Source: an uncultured virus (IMG/VR IMGVR_UViG_3300011871_000042)
Lineage: Duplodnaviria; Heunggongvirae; Uroviricota; Caudoviricetes
Virus record (IMG/VR): IMGVR_UViG_3300011871_000042
Length of the DNA stretch: 64,000 nt
Reading direction: 5' to 3' (one strand)
Shown: one piece after another, positions 1 to 11,606 of the stretch
Layout of the letters: the number at the start of each line of letters is the position of its first letter
Position numbering within the stretch: the stretch's first letter is position 1
Notes under the pieces: generated by a model
What the model was told of the DNA's origin: nothing
Seen by the model: the letters and a program-made list of their open reading frames with translations, nothing else
The model's database searches: none
Translations under genes and position numbers: made by a program

Positions 1-977
1 CTGGAGCTTTTGATTCTATTGATGATAGAAGAGATGTTTTGATAGCAAATATTGGAAACGGATTAAAATATGCTGGAAAATTAGCAAGAGAGAAAAAAGA
101 AAAAGGTTATATACTTCATGAATTATTTGGAGCTAGAGGTATACATAAAGATGCTAAAAAATTAATAGTAAACTCAAATGATGCTATTGTTGAACCAGAA
201 TTAGTTATACCTGAAGATAAAGATAGATGGACAGAAATAAAAGCAATAGAAGAAGAAAAAGAAGCAATAGGTCTATGCTTATCTAAAAATATGTTTTCTA
301 TCTATCAGAAAAAATTGGGAGGTCTTGAAGCGGCAACTTCTTTAGGAGATGTAAACTCTAAACAACATTATCAAACATTCTTGTTTGCTGGTATTGTAAC
401 TAAGAAAGATGCATTAATAACCAAAAAAGACAAAAAACCAATAGCTTTTATAACGTTAGATGATGGTTTCTTTAGTCAAAAAATAGTCATGTTTGATTCA
501 GTTTATAAGGATAATATAGATAAATTCCAAGAAGGACAGTTTGTTGCTATAGAAGGACAGGTAAAACCACCTAAGAAAAATGATGAAGATACCTCTAATA
601 TAGTATCAGTGAATCAAGCGTTTACATTTGATGAGTTAAGAAGCAAACTTGTTACTGGAATACATCTTGCGTTAAAACAAGAAAAGCTTGATGGATTAAT
701 AGAGATATTAAGAAAAAATCAGGGCGAATCATCAGTAAAAATTTATTTACCTAACAATGAAAATAAATATACTTGTGCTACGCTAAATGAAAACTTTAAT
801 ATTAATCTAACTCCAGAGTGTATTAATGAACTTGAAAGTTATTTAGGTGCTAATAAAGTAAAGTTAGGTTTTAAAAAAGAAATGGAATTCCCTAAACCTC
901 TTTTTGCAAGAAAACCTTATAATAAACCTTACAATAATAAGACGAAAGATGAGCAAAGGCCAAGAATGAAGCCATAA
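1..977 (+). CDS. dnaE: DNA polymerase III alpha subunit, C-terminal part (gene starts before the window)
   Basis: Frame open from base 3 (GAFDSIDD..), EKEAIGLCLS motif, OB-fold (AFITLDD..IEGQV) and C-terminal domain typical of DnaE. Confidence 0.9.
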   Translation, partial: GAFDSIDDRRDVLIANIGNGLKYAGKLAREKKEKGYILHELFGARGIHKDAKKLIVNSNDAIVEPELVIPEDKDRWTEIKAIEEEKEAIGLCLSKNMFSIYQKKLGGLEAATSLGDVNSKQHYQTFLFAGIVTKKDALITKKDKKPIAFITLDDGFFSQKIVMFDSVYKDNIDKFQEGQFVAIEGQVKPPKKNDEDTSNIVSVNQAFTFDELRSKLVTGIHLALKQEKLDGLIEILRKNQGESSVKIYLPNNENKYTCATLNENFNINLTPECINELESYLGANKVKLGFKKEMEFPKPLFARKPYNKPYNNKTKDEQRPRMKP

Positions 978-980
978 AAG

Positions 981-1007
981 AAAAGAGGTGCTCGGCACCT
1001 CTTTTTT
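981..1007. terminator. Bidirectional intrinsic terminator
   Basis: AAAAGAGGTGC-TCG-GCACCTCTTTTTT between convergent genes. Confidence 0.85.
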
Positions 1008-1009
1008 AT

Positions 1010-1687
1010 TTAATATCTTTGTATCGTTTTTACTTCAAAAATATCTGGATATTGTTTATCAAGTCTACTTTGAACTTCAAATAAAGCTTTTGTAGTATCT
1101 TTTTTAGCATTTGAGCTAAAGAATGAATAGGTAGGTAATCTTAAAGCTAATACTTCTGCTGTAGCCTTTTTAACAGCTTCTACACCATAAACTTTCTGTA
1201 TATCTTGCTTACCCTTAGCATCTCTATGATCAACATATTTAAAGGTTTGTGGACCATCTTTAAATTTAGCTCTTGCTAATGCTTCATTAACAGAATAACT
1301 AACAATAGCGCCTGTTGTTTTACTATCTAAAACATAAACTACAACTGTTTTAAATGGCGTTCTATTTAAATCTCTATCTGCTGCGATTAATACAGGATCT
1401 GTTGGAACTTTTGTTACAGATTGCATTTTCACAATGGGCTTATGCAAAGCTGGGGCGTAGAAGTTTTCTTTCTTATCTGCTATTAAGACTTCTCTTTTTT
1501 TGATAACTTGGAAATCTCCAAAATTAGATTCTTTTTTCAAATCATAGGTGTTATCTACATCGAGTTTAGTAATAGTATATGTGTCTTGATGATGTAATGC
1601 TTTATCTTTATAAGAAAATTTATCACCAGCACAACCAGATAAAATAACGCTTGCAGATAATAAACCTAATACGAAATATTTATTCAT
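1010..1687 (-). CDS. Hypothetical lipoprotein
   Basis: Signal peptide with lipobox LSGC; SD GAGG upstream. Confidence 0.75.
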   Translation of the reverse strand: MNKYFVLGLLSASVILSGCAGDKFSYKDKALHHQDTYTITKLDVDNTYDLKKESNFGDFQVIKKREVLIADKKENFYAPALHKPIVKMQSVTKVPTDPVLIAADRDLNRTPFKTVVVYVLDSKTTGAIVSYSVNEALARAKFKDGPQTFKYVDHRDAKGKQDIQKVYGVEAVKKATAEVLALRLPTYSFFSSNAKKDTTKALFEVQSRLDKQYPDIFEVKTIQRY

Positions 1688-1767
1688 TTAAATGACCTCT
1701 TGTAAATTATTAATTTTTATTCTAAATCCTAATATAAAAAATAAAAAATGTCTATCTTCGATATAAA

Positions 1768-2250
1768 CTATATGTCTTTTTTATGTTTGTTTGTATGATT
1801 TATTGGAACAGGAGTTTCTACTTTATTTTCACTCTCATCTAAAGTAGCTCCCCATGATATTTTATCTCCATTAATATGCTGTTGAAGTATACAAGATAAA
1901 GGCATAGAGTATATTTCATAACTAGCTTGTTGAAGAGCAATAATAAAAGTAGCTGAATCCATTTCGGGAACAGATTCAAAAGCAGATATAATTTTTAAAA
2001 TTTTGTCAGAAGTGTCTAGATTTTCAAGATTTATTTTTTTCTGCAATAGAGAGTTAAACACATATTTTTTCACAGAATGGTATTTCCATGCGGATGTGTT
2101 CGGTAAAGCATTTTGTATCCAAGTAGGAACTAAGTTTATTTCACCTTCTTCACTACCTGATTTGTCGTCGTCTTCCCCCTCTTCCAAGGGGGCAGTTTCA
2201 ACTATTTTAATAGGTCTACTTGGAAATCTGTAACTCTCTTTATTAAGCAT
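1768..2250 (-). CDS. Hypothetical protein
   Basis: 160-aa ORF whose start overlaps the parC stop (TAATG). Confidence 0.65.
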   Translation of the reverse strand: MLNKESYRFPSRPIKIVETAPLEEGEDDDKSGSEEGEINLVPTWIQNALPNTSAWKYHSVKKYVFNSLLQKKINLENLDTSDKILKIISAFESVPEMDSATFIIALQQASYEIYSMPLSCILQQHINGDKISWGATLDESENKVETPVPINHTNKHKKDI

Positions 2251-4631
2251 TAACTATCGTCACCATTATTATCTTCATCAGGTTCATTAACAACATCTTC
2301 TTCTATTATATCTATTTTAAGTTGTTTATCAAATTTAACCCAATTTTGATTTTTATTTATAATTTTACCTTTAGCTGTTGATTTTCTAGCACCCAATACT
2401 TTCTTAATATCTTTATTAACTAAGTCGGCTTTGGTTCCATCTTCACTCACTAATGTAACTTTACCGTCAGCATCCGTCAAGCAAATATCTAATAATGTTT
2501 GATCTTTTGCTAAACCTAGTAACGCAACACCTTTTCCTTTACCAAGTTCTTTAATATCACCTAATGGTAAAGCTACGTTCTTATTATCACTTGTTAACAA
2601 CACTACGGATGTCTCTGCTGTAGCATCTGCTGGAATAGCTACTGGCTCTACTGGTTTTTCATTATCAGCTAATGTTAATATAGCTTTACCTTTTTTCTGA
2701 CGGTTAATCCAATTAGATGCTTTAATAATAAAGCCATATCCATTTTGTCCTGCTAAAATATATTTGTCATCAGGGTTTGAAGAAATAGCTCCTTCTAAAA
2801 TTTTAGCCCCCGTTTCAAACCAACTAATAACAGATTGTTCACCAGTTCTGCCAGAAAGGTCTATTAGGTTTAAACTATAACCTTGTCCATTCTGATCTAA
2901 AAGCATCAATGTATCAGCTCTGGAGCCAATAAATGTTCTACGTATTTTATCTCCAATTTTAACTTTAAAGTCAGAATCTTGTATTGGTCCAAGTTGTTTA
3001 GCAGCTTTCCATGAAATCCAACCTTTTTCTGTTAGTACAACAGCAATAGACTCATTAGATGCTTTATCTTGAACCATATTATCAGTAATATCTTTTGCTG
3101 ATGCTGCTGCCGCTGGCTCAACAAGAGTTCTTCTTTCATCACCAAATACTTTCAAGTCAGCATCAAGCTCTTTAATAGCTACTTTTCTTATATTCGCATC
3201 TGATGATAAAATATCTTCAAGCTCACCTTTCAATCTAGTTAGTTTAGCATGTTCTTCTTCAAGACTGATTTTAGCAAGCCTTGCTAAAGAACGAAGGCGC
3301 ATATCAAGGATATCTTCTGCTTGAATCTCATCAAGTTTAAACTTATCCATTAAATCTTGTTTTGGATTATCAGATTCTTTTAATACTTTTATTACCTTAT
3401 CTATTTTATCAAGAATAGATAAACGTCCATTTAAAATATGAAGTCTTGCATTAGTTTTATTAAGCCTATCAGTAATTCTTCTTCTGATAGTCTCTACACG
3501 ATATGTACACCATTCACCTAACCATTTTAAGATATTTTTATTCGTTGGGCGACCAGTATCATCAACAACAACAAAGTTTAAGTTAGCATTAATTTCAAGA
3601 CTCGTATGAGCAAGAAGTGCTCTAACTAATTCGTCTGGATCTTGTTTTTTATTTTTTGGGGTAATAGTAAGAGCCATTTTTCCATCAGCAGAAAGATCTT
3701 TAATAGATCCAATCATTTCACTAAATATTCTTTTTAAATGAATTTGCTGTGGAGTTAATTGCTTTTTCTTACCTTTTTTATCTACTGTTTGTTGTGGTTC
3801 AACAAGATTAGCTATTTGATTACTAATAGTGCTAATAGAAACTTCATGAGGAAGTTCATAAAATACAATAGCCCAATCTTTCCCTTTCTTTTCAATATTC
3901 CATCTTGCTCTAACTCGAACAGCACCACGTCCTTGTTCATAAACATTATAGATTTCTTCAGGTGAAGATATTATTTGACCTCCTGTAGCAAAATCAGGGC
4001 CTTTAATAATATCCATAATTTCTTTTAATGTTGATTTAGGTTTCTTCAAAAGAAGTTTTGCTGCTTCAACAACTTCACCGATATGATGAGAAGGGAAGTT
4101 TGTCGCCATACCAACACCTATACCATAAGAACCATTTAATAATAAGAATGGTAAACGACTAGGAAGAAGTATAGGTTCTTTTTCAGCACCATCGAAGTTA
4201 GGTTTATAATCAACGGTATCCCATGACAATTCATCAAGCAAACAACTTGCTATTTTTGACATACGGGCTTCTGTATAACGCATAGCAGCAAAAGATTTTG
4301 GTTCATCTCTATCACCCCAATTACCCTGACCATCGATAAGAGGATAACGGATATTAAAGTTTTGAGCCATACCAACCATAGCTTCATACACAGCAGAATC
4401 ACCATGAGGGTGGTATTTACCTATAACATCTCCGACAATACGAGCAGATTTTTTTCTTGGTTTATCCCAATCATTACTAAGAACATGCATAGCATAAAGA
4501 ATACGGCGATGAACAGGCTTAAGACCATCCTGAACGAATGGCAAAGCACGATCTGTTACTACATGCATCGCATATTTCAAATATGCATCTTTAGCATATT
4601 GCCCTAAATCAATAATTTCATTGTTATTCAT
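2250..4631 (-). CDS. parC: DNA topoisomerase IV subunit A
   Basis: [26 protein letters not shown] (catalytic Tyr); no GyrA-box seen; adjacent to parE. Confidence 0.92.
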   Translation of the reverse strand: MNNNEIIDLGQYAKDAYLKYAMHVVTDRALPFVQDGLKPVHRRILYAMHVLSNDWDKPRKKSARIVGDVIGKYHPHGDSAVYEAMVGMAQNFNIRYPLIDGQGNWGDRDEPKSFAAMRYTEARMSKIASCLLDELSWDTVDYKPNFDGAEKEPILLPSRLPFLLLNGSYGIGVGMATNFPSHHIGEVVEAAKLLLKKPKSTLKEIMDIIKGPDFATGGQIISSPEEIYNVYEQGRGAVRVRARWNIEKKGKDWAIVFYELPHEVSISTISNQIANLVEPQQTVDKKGKKKQLTPQQIHLKRIFSEMIGSIKDLSADGKMALTITPKNKKQDPDELVRALLAHTSLEINANLNFVVVDDTGRPTNKNILKWLGEWCTYRVETIRRRITDRLNKTNARLHILNGRLSILDKIDKVIKVLKESDNPKQDLMDKFKLDEIQAEDILDMRLRSLARLAKISLEEEHAKLTRLKGELEDILSSDANIRKVAIKELDADLKVFGDERRTLVEPAAAASAKDITDNMVQDKASNESIAVVLTEKGWISWKAAKQLGPIQDSDFKVKIGDKIRRTFIGSRADTLMLLDQNGQGYSLNLIDLSGRTGEQSVISWFETGAKILEGAISSNPDDKYILAGQNGYGFIIKASNWINRQKKGKAILTLADNEKPVEPVAIPADATAETSVVLLTSDNKNVALPLGDIKELGKGKGVALLGLAKDQTLLDICLTDADGKVTLVSEDGTKADLVNKDIKKVLGARKSTAKGKIINKNQNWVKFDKQLKIDIIEEDVVNEPDEDNNGDDS

Positions 4632-4651
4632 TTAATTCATATTCCTTATTA

Positions 4652-6637
4652 TTAATTATCATATTCTACAGTGTTACCATATTCTTCCATCCATTCTTTA
4701 CGAGGAGGAATATTTTTACCCATGATTAGCTCAAAAGCATCTATGGTATCTTGTATGTTTTCAATACCAACTTCAAATAATTTTCTTTGGCTTGGATCCA
4801 TTGTTGTTTCTTTTAACTGATCAGGGTTCATTTCTCCAAGTCCTTTGAAGCGAGAAACTGTCCAGTTGGCATCTGTAAGACCTTCTTTAGCTAAATCTTT
4901 TAAAATACTATCTCTTTCTTGTTCTGTAATAGCATAGAATATCCTATTATCTTTTTTATTACCTTTTGAACCTTTCTTAGCTGGAGCATCTATACGATAT
5001 AAAGGTGGAACACCAATATATATTCTCTTATTCCTTATTAATTCAGGGAAATGCTTTAAGAATAGTGTTAATAATAATACCTGTATATGTAAACCATCTA
5101 CGTCAGCATCAGCAAGGATAATAATTTTACCATAACGTAATTTTGAAAGATCAACCTCTTCTGGTTTTTTATCTTTATGCGCTTCAACTCCAATAGCTAA
5201 AGAAATATCTCCAACAATAAATGCTTTATAAAGATCTTCATCTTTAGCATTCCATGTATTTAATAGTTTACCTCTTAATGGCAATATAGCTTGATACTCT
5301 CTATTACGCCCTTGTTTAGCTGAACCACCTGCGGAATCCCCTTCTACTAAATACAATTCAGTTAACTCTACTTCATCACTTTGACAATCTGAAAGTTTTC
5401 CCGGTAAAGCTGAAATAGAACTTATCTTTTTACGGTCAACTTTACTTGCTTCTTTTGTTCTTCTTGATGCTTCACTTACTACCATTTCAACAATGCTTTT
5501 AGCTTCATCTAAATGATTACTTAACCAAAGCTCTAAAACATCTTTTATTAAAGAGTTTACTAACTTGTTCGCTTGTCTTGATGTTAACTTATCTTTTGTT
5601 TGTCCCTGAAACTGTGGATCAGTTAGTTTTAAAGAAAGAACAAAAGACATTCGTGACCAAATATCATCAGCTTCTATTTTTAATTTGTTAGGTATAAGAT
5701 TTAATCTCTCAGCAAAGTTCTTTATAGCTTCAAAAACACCTGTTCTTAAACCTGCTTCATGTGTTCCTCCTGCTGGAGTAGGTATGAGGTTAACAAAGCT
5801 CTCACGAACAACTTTACCATAATCACTCCATCCTAATGCTAAAGCAAAGCCTTCACCTCGACGGAACTGTTCATTTGTTTCAAGTATATAAGTTTCATTA
5901 AAGAATGGTTCATCAGTTAACCAGTTAGATTCTCCCGCTTCTTCTTTAAGATAATCAGGAATACCATTTTCATAATGCCATTCAAGAGGAGCTTTATTAT
6001 TTTTTTCATAGACAAGAGAAACGCCTGACATTAAAACAGCTTTTGCTTTTAAATATCGTTCCATCTCTGTATTACTAATATTAGGAGAGTCAAAATATTG
6101 ACCATCAGGCCAAGTTTTAACCCTTGTTCCTGTTTTATCTTTTAACTCTGGAGGAAGTTTTTTTCTTTTTAAAGGTTCAACTAAATGACCATTTTCAAAA
6201 GCAAGACTATATTCATATCCATCACGCCATACAGTAGCTTCTAAACGTTTTGATAAAGCATTAGTTACTGAAACACCTACTCCATGTAAACCACCAGAGA
6301 ATTGATATGCTCCATCACCACTTGTTTTATTAAATTTACCACCTGAGTGGAGTTTAGTAAAAATAAGTTCAACAGCAGGTTTGCCTTCTTTTTTATGTNN
6401 NNNNNNNNCACGCCCATTATCTTCTATTGAATAAGCTCCATCATCATATTGTTTTACAATAATTTTAGTAGCAAATCCAGCTAATGCCTCATCTTGAGCA
6501 TTATCGATAACTTCTTGAATGATATGGTTTGGGTTTTCAGTTCGGGTATACATCCCCGGTCTATGTTTGACTGGCTCTAATCCTTCCAATACTTCAATAT
6601 CGTCTGAATCATATTTCTTTTTCTTTTCTGTAGCCAC
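4652..6637 (-). CDS. parE: DNA topoisomerase IV subunit B (contains an N gap)
   Basis: RPGMY, EVIDN, GGLHGVG, VEGDSAGGSAKQ, PLRGK, DADVDG, RFKGLGEMN. Confidence 0.92.
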   Translation of the reverse strand: MATEKKKKYDSDDIEVLEGLEPVKHRPGMYTRTENPNHIIQEVIDNAQDEALAGFATKIIVKQYDDGAYSIEDNGRXXXXHKKEGKPAVELIFTKLHSGGKFNKTSGDGAYQFSGGLHGVGVSVTNALSKRLEATVWRDGYEYSLAFENGHLVEPLKRKKLPPELKDKTGTRVKTWPDGQYFDSPNISNTEMERYLKAKAVLMSGVSLVYEKNNKAPLEWHYENGIPDYLKEEAGESNWLTDEPFFNETYILETNEQFRRGEGFALALGWSDYGKVVRESFVNLIPTPAGGTHEAGLRTGVFEAIKNFAERLNLIPNKLKIEADDIWSRMSFVLSLKLTDPQFQGQTKDKLTSRQANKLVNSLIKDVLELWLSNHLDEAKSIVEMVVSEASRRTKEASKVDRKKISSISALPGKLSDCQSDEVELTELYLVEGDSAGGSAKQGRNREYQAILPLRGKLLNTWNAKDEDLYKAFIVGDISLAIGVEAHKDKKPEEVDLSKLRYGKIIILADADVDGLHIQVLLLTLFLKHFPELIRNKRIYIGVPPLYRIDAPAKKGSKGNKKDNRIFYAITEQERDSILKDLAKEGLTDANWTVSRFKGLGEMNPDQLKETTMDPSQRKLFEVGIENIQDTIDAFELIMGKNIPPRKEWMEEYGNTVEYDN

Positions 6638-6756
6638 GATAACTCCTAATGTCCTTAATATTTAAAGGTAAGATATATAATAATTTTTCTTTTTTCAAAT
6701 TTAAAAAAGGCCCCTGCGAGCCTTTTTTAATATATGAGTCTTTTCTTAAATGTCAA

Positions 6757-7344
6757 TTATCTTTTATTGTTTACAGAATGACCTTTAGCGGCAAAATTAT
6801 TTAACATTCTGACTAATCCTAATGAAAGGGTTCTAATAAATAAAATTGCAAATGTCGATATGATAGCAAAAGCTGCATACAGACCAAACATAGAAACAAA
6901 TTGTGAAAATCCACCAGTAATAAGTGATGTTCTATATTCAGGGAAGCTATAAAGAAAATAAAAACTAAGTAGCACAGGAAGTGAAACATAAAATAGTCCT
7001 GTCGTAATAATACTTATATTCTTAACGATAAACGATATTGGATTGATGAACATTGATAGCCTCTCATAATATGTATGTCCCGCTCCAATGATAACATTCT
7101 TTATCCACATAAAAGCGGTAGGTTTAGTTGGAGCCTTTTCATTAGTTAAATAACTTTCATTTTTTTCTATAACTCTTTCTGGTTTTACAGGTTGAGTTAT
7201 TTCAGGTTGTTCGATTATATTATTATTTTCAGGTAAAAGCGAATTATTTAATTGAACAACATTATTTTGATTTTTCTTTTCTACTATTTCTTTCGTTTGA
7301 TTAAATAGCTCATCTATTTTTATTGTATTTCTAGCTGTATTCAT
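6757..7344 (-). CDS. Hypothetical membrane protein
   Basis: 195 aa with two hydrophobic C-terminal helices. Confidence 0.7.
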   Translation of the reverse strand: MNTARNTIKIDELFNQTKEIVEKKNQNNVVQLNNSLLPENNNIIEQPEITQPVKPERVIEKNESYLTNEKAPTKPTAFMWIKNVIIGAGHTYYERLSMFINPISFIVKNISIITTGLFYVSLPVLLSFYFLYSFPEYRTSLITGGFSQFVSMFGLYAAFAIISTFAILFIRTLSLGLVRMLNNFAAKGHSVNNKR

Positions 7345-7411
7345 AAGTTTTTCGAGTTCACTAAAAGTGTGGGATAGCGCTTTGTAAATACAAACCTTAC
7401 TCGATCTCCTT
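7345..7411 (-). promoter_or_regulatory. Structured RNA element between SD and AUG (copy B)
   Basis: AAGGAGA-UCGAGU...AAAGCGCUAUCCCA...ACUCGA-7 nt-AUG; same architecture as the nadE leader. Confidence 0.7.
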
Positions 7412-7570
7412 TATATTTTTTATGCTATCTTAAAGTTTAAATTAAATATAGTTTCTTCCAAATACAATACTGTCATAAAAATAAATAAGAATTCAAATTT
7501 TATTTTTGATTGACCTTAGACTATATAATTGAGATAATATATAATAGTTAAAATAAAGGAGGGTTTATAA

Positions 7571-8270
7571 ATGCCTGTTATCGTAGCAATTGCCGGACCA
7601 TCAGGAGCCGGGAAAACTGTTTTATCTGGAATGTTAAAAGATGAAGGATACGCTGAAATAGTAAGTGTAACAACTCGTGCTCCCCGCAAAGGAGAGCAAA
7701 ATGGAGTACATTATACTTTTTTAAATGAAGAACAATTTAAAGAACTTCAAAAAAATAATGGTTTAATAGAAAGTGTACATATGAATGGAAACTATTACGG
7801 AGTTCCAGCAGAAGAANNNNNNNNNNGCCATAAGAGTATCTCAAGAAGGTCGTCCAATAGTTGTTGTAGCTGAACCTCATGGAATAGCTCAAATAAATAA
7901 GTATTGTGAAGAAAATGGATGGAAATGCTATAGAGTATTTGTTAATTCACCTATTGAATTACTTATGGAGCGTTTAGAAGACAGATTTAAAAATGATCTA
8001 AGCAATCTAAATGAACAGTCTGAAACATATGAAGCAGATAAGAATAAAGTAATAAAAGCTTATGAATCAAGAAAAGAGCATGTTCTTGTAAAAGAGCAAA
8101 ATGAATGGGTTCGTCCAGCTTATGAAAATCCCGGATTATATGAGGCTGTTTTTGATAAGTTTGATAAATCAGTACAAGAACAAGTATTAGATGTAATCAA
8201 ATTAAACGTCGATTCTTTATTACAGGAAGATAATACTGTAAAAAAAAATAATAGAATGCGTTTCAAGTAA
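7571..8270 (+). CDS. gmk: Guanylate kinase-like protein (split into two ORFs by an N gap)
   Basis: GPSGAGKT P-loop, SVTTRAPRKGE.NGVHY, GNYYG; the frame change coincides with the N run near 7817-7826. Confidence 0.8.
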
Positions 8271-8436
8271 TATATAAAAAGGGAGAGCAAGGCTCTCCTT
8301 TTTATTAGTCATTTAATAAAATTTATTTTAATAAAAATTGAAAATAAAATGGAAATTTGAATAATGAATAATATAAGATGCGTTTATAGAAACAATGAAA
8401 TATATTATTTTTTAATTAATAACCAAGGAGTTATAA

Positions 8437-9546
8437 GTGGCTAAACAAGTAAGTAAAGAAGATAAAATGAAAGCTCTTGCGGCAGCAATGAGTGGTATTG
8501 AGAAACAGTTTGGTAAAGGCTCTATTATGAAGCTAGGCGATGATAGAAGCATGGACGTAGAAGTGACTTCTACAGGTTCTCTAAGTCTCGATATAGCTCT
8601 TGGTGCTGGTGGTCTTCCAATGGGACGTATCGTTGAAATATATGGTCCTGAATCTTCTGGTAAAACAACATTAACGCTTCAGGTTATAGCAGAAGCTCAA
8701 AGACAAGGTAAAATATGTGCATTTATAGATGCTGAACACGCTCTTGATCCAGTGTATGCTAGAAAACTTGGTGTTAACATTGATGAACTCCTTTGTTCTC
8801 AGCCTGATACTGGTGAACAAGCACTTGAAATTTGTGATGCTTTAGCTCGTTCTGGTGCTGTAGATGTTATTATCGTTGACTCCGTAGCAGCATTAACACC
8901 AAAAGCTGAAATCGAAGGTGATATTGGTGATTCTCATATGGGTCTTGCTGCTCGTATGATGAGCCAAGCTATGCGTAAAATCGCAGGTAATTTGAAAGAA
9001 TCCAACACACTTCTTATCATGATTAACCAAATTCGTATGAAAATTGGTGTAATGTTCGGAAGCCCTGAAACAACTACGGGTGGTAATGCTCTTAAATTCT
9101 ATGCATCAGTTCGTTTAGATATTCGTAGAATTGGATCTGTTAAAGACGGTAAAGATCTTCAAGGAAATGATAACGTTATTGGTAGTGAAACTCGTGTTAA
9201 AGTAGTAAAAAATAAAATTGCTGCTCCATTTAAACAAGCTGAGTTTTCTATTATATATGGAAAAGGCATATCAAAAGAACTTGAGATTATAACTCTCGGA
9301 GAAAAAGCAGGGATAATCGAAAAAGCAGGTGCATGGTATTCTTATAATGGAGAAAAACTTGGACAAGGTAAAGAAAAGGCTCGTATAACGCTTGAACAAG
9401 ATAAAAAACTTGCTGCTGAACTTGAAGATAAAGTACGTAAGTTCTATGCTGAAACCCCATTGGATGAAGTATTATCTCATGAAGGTGACGTAGAAGATTA
9501 CGAAAACGATGGTGATAGTGAAGAAGAATATAACGAAGAAGATTAA
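8437..9546 (+). CDS. recA: Recombinase RecA
   Basis: [42 protein letters not shown]. Confidence 0.98.
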   Translation: MAKQVSKEDKMKALAAAMSGIEKQFGKGSIMKLGDDRSMDVEVTSTGSLSLDIALGAGGLPMGRIVEIYGPESSGKTTLTLQVIAEAQRQGKICAFIDAEHALDPVYARKLGVNIDELLCSQPDTGEQALEICDALARSGAVDVIIVDSVAALTPKAEIEGDIGDSHMGLAARMMSQAMRKIAGNLKESNTLLIMINQIRMKIGVMFGSPETTTGGNALKFYASVRLDIRRIGSVKDGKDLQGNDNVIGSETRVKVVKNKIAAPFKQAEFSIIYGKGISKELEIITLGEKAGIIEKAGAWYSYNGEKLGQGKEKARITLEQDKKLAAELEDKVRKFYAETPLDEVLSHEGDVEDYENDGDSEEEYNEED

Positions 9547-9564
9547 TACTATTCGTAAATAATA

Positions 9565-9588
9565 AAAAGGAAGCCTCGGCTTCCTTTT
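9565..9588 (+). terminator. Intrinsic terminator after recA
   Basis: AAAAGGAAGCC-TC-GGCTTCCTTTT. Confidence 0.8.
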
Positions 9589-9639
9589 ATTTTATATTTT
9601 TTATGATATAAAAGTACATTGTTTTAAAAGGAGATAAAG

Positions 9640-10035
9640 ATGTCAAATAAAAGCACTTATAAAAATGCGACGGAAGAAAAAGAACAGGAATATGCAGAAA
9701 AAGTTCCAGAGCTTGAATGTTTGAAAGTATTTTCATTAGTTTTACCACGATGGGCTGCTGAAAATCAAAAAGATATAGGCTTTATAATACAAGGTCGAAG
9801 CCAACAAGCAGATGGTCTAGAAGTTCAAACAAGTATGTCTAAAAATGGCACAATAGATGATTTGGAGCAAGTAAATTATTTATTAGCAAAACATGAAGAA
9901 TTATTTAGGTTAAAATATCTTTATCATGTATTAGAAGAATATAGTAAAGATCCTGATTTTAGTTTCAAAAAATCAATGAGCGATATATATAAAAAACTTG
10001 ATAACATTATAAAAGATTTAAATCCTAATAAATAG
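9640..10035 (+). CDS. Hypothetical protein
   Basis: SD AAGGAG, 131 aa, followed by a UUCG-loop terminator. Confidence 0.7.
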   Translation: MSNKSTYKNATEEKEQEYAEKVPELECLKVFSLVLPRWAAENQKDIGFIIQGRSQQADGLEVQTSMSKNGTIDDLEQVNYLLAKHEELFRLKYLYHVLEEYSKDPDFSFKKSMSDIYKKLDNIIKDLNPNK

Positions 10036-10128
10036 CCACCTTCGGGTGGTTTTTTATCTATATGACTTGTCGATCTGTTATTTATTGTTTAAAATAAAAG
10101 TATTAAACAAATTAAAAGGAAGCAATAA

Positions 10129-10818
10129 ATGATAGAAAAAGATCTTACTGCCCAAAATGATAATTCTTTTATATTTAGTGGAAATAAAATTGTTATAAAT
10201 GAAAGGGCAATTGTTTTAGATGTAGATGGAGTATTATTAAGTTTTGATGACGGATATCTTAACGTAGCAAGAAAAATAATAGGATCTCATGTTATCAAAG
10301 CTAGTAATGAATACGCTTTAACAAAACGTTATAACATAACGGATGAACAAAACCAAAAAGTTTGGGATGCCTTAAATAATGGTGAAATGGGAAATCTTCC
10401 TATGTATAAAGGTGCTGATATAGCATTTAAGAAACTACAAGATGCTGGTTATGATATTCATTTAGTAACTGGTATTTGGGAAGAATCTAAAGATATGAGA
10501 TTAGAAAACTTATCTCGTTTTGGAATGATTCCTAAAACAATAGATTGTGTAGGTACAGGACGCTCTAAAAAAGATCTTGCAATAGCTCAATACTCACCTA
10601 AATATTTTGTTGATGACAGATTAGAACATATCAATGATGCCTTATTTGTTCCTAATAGAGTATGGGTAGATTTAAACGATCAGCAATTTGGATTAACACC
10701 TAATAATGTAACTTTTACTACAAGCTCATTTGCTAATTGGGTAGAAAATAGTAATGTATTAAAAGTTAATTTTGAAAATGATATTCAGGCTCCAAGAGCA
10801 CGAATGAGAATGAGATAA
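10129..10818 (+). CDS. HAD-superfamily phosphatase/nucleotidase
   Basis: LDVDGVL motif I, LVT motif II, FVDD motif IV. Confidence 0.8.
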   Translation: MIEKDLTAQNDNSFIFSGNKIVINERAIVLDVDGVLLSFDDGYLNVARKIIGSHVIKASNEYALTKRYNITDEQNQKVWDALNNGEMGNLPMYKGADIAFKKLQDAGYDIHLVTGIWEESKDMRLENLSRFGMIPKTIDCVGTGRSKKDLAIAQYSPKYFVDDRLEHINDALFVPNRVWVDLNDQQFGLTPNNVTFTTSSFANWVENSNVLKVNFENDIQAPRARMRMR

Positions 10819-10831
10819 TAAGGAAAAAATA

Positions 10832-11500
10832 ATGAGAATAGCTCCATTTATAACAGTTGAAGGGCCTGACGGCGCAGGTAAAAGCTCACACTTACCAATA
10901 ATAGTTGAAGAACTTGAAAGAGCTGGTTGGGAAGTGGTAAGAACAAGAGAACCCGGTGGTACTGTAATGTGTGAAAAAATTAGAAATTTAATTCTATTTC
11001 CTGATCAATATGAACCACTTACAAAAACAACAGAAGTAATGATGGCTTTTGCCTCTCGTTCTCAACACTATAGCTTAGTTATTGAACCATCTTTAGAGCA
11101 GGGTAAAGCTGTAATGTGTGATAGATTTACCGATTCCACATATGCTTATCAAGGAAGAGGTCAAGGTGTAGATATTGAAGTATTGAAACAACTAGAAGAA
11201 ATAAGTATAGGTTCAGCTAAGCCTGATTTAACAATATTATTTGATGTTCCTGTTGAAGTGTCAAGAAAACGTATGGGTATAAGAGGAAATGATGCTGATA
11301 CATTCGAATCAAAAGAAGATGATTTCTTACAGAGAGTGAGAGATGGTTATTTTGAAAGAGTAGCAGAAGATCCTGATAGATTTAGAGTTATAGATTCTAC
11401 AATGAGTTTAAAAGAAGTTTCCGATGCTGTAAGAAAAACAGTAAGAGAGTTTATAGAAAGTTATGAACCTCCTAGAAAAAAAAAGAGTTTTAGACCTTAA
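10832..11500 (+). CDS. tmk: Thymidylate kinase
   Basis: EGPDGAGKS, TREPGGT, DRFTDSTYAYQG, PDLT. Confidence 0.95.
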   Translation: MRIAPFITVEGPDGAGKSSHLPIIVEELERAGWEVVRTREPGGTVMCEKIRNLILFPDQYEPLTKTTEVMMAFASRSQHYSLVIEPSLEQGKAVMCDRFTDSTYAYQGRGQGVDIEVLKQLEEISIGSAKPDLTILFDVPVEVSRKRMGIRGNDADTFESKEDDFLQRVRDGYFERVAEDPDRFRVIDSTMSLKEVSDAVRKTVREFIESYEPPRKKKSFRP

Positions 11501-11606
11501 TTAATAAAATATAAAAATAGCGTAACAGCCGTTACGCTATTTTTTTTGTTTGCCAAAAAGTAAATAATTAACGATAAAAAATAAATATAATAATGGAGAA
11601 TATAAC

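Noticed and set aside
2250..6637. DNA gyrase gyrA/gyrB
   Set aside because: No GyrA-box or GyrB insert was seen, and the N-terminal motifs match ParC/ParE.
7785..7873. Programmed frameshift in gmk
   Set aside because: The frame change coincides with an N gap of arbitrary length.
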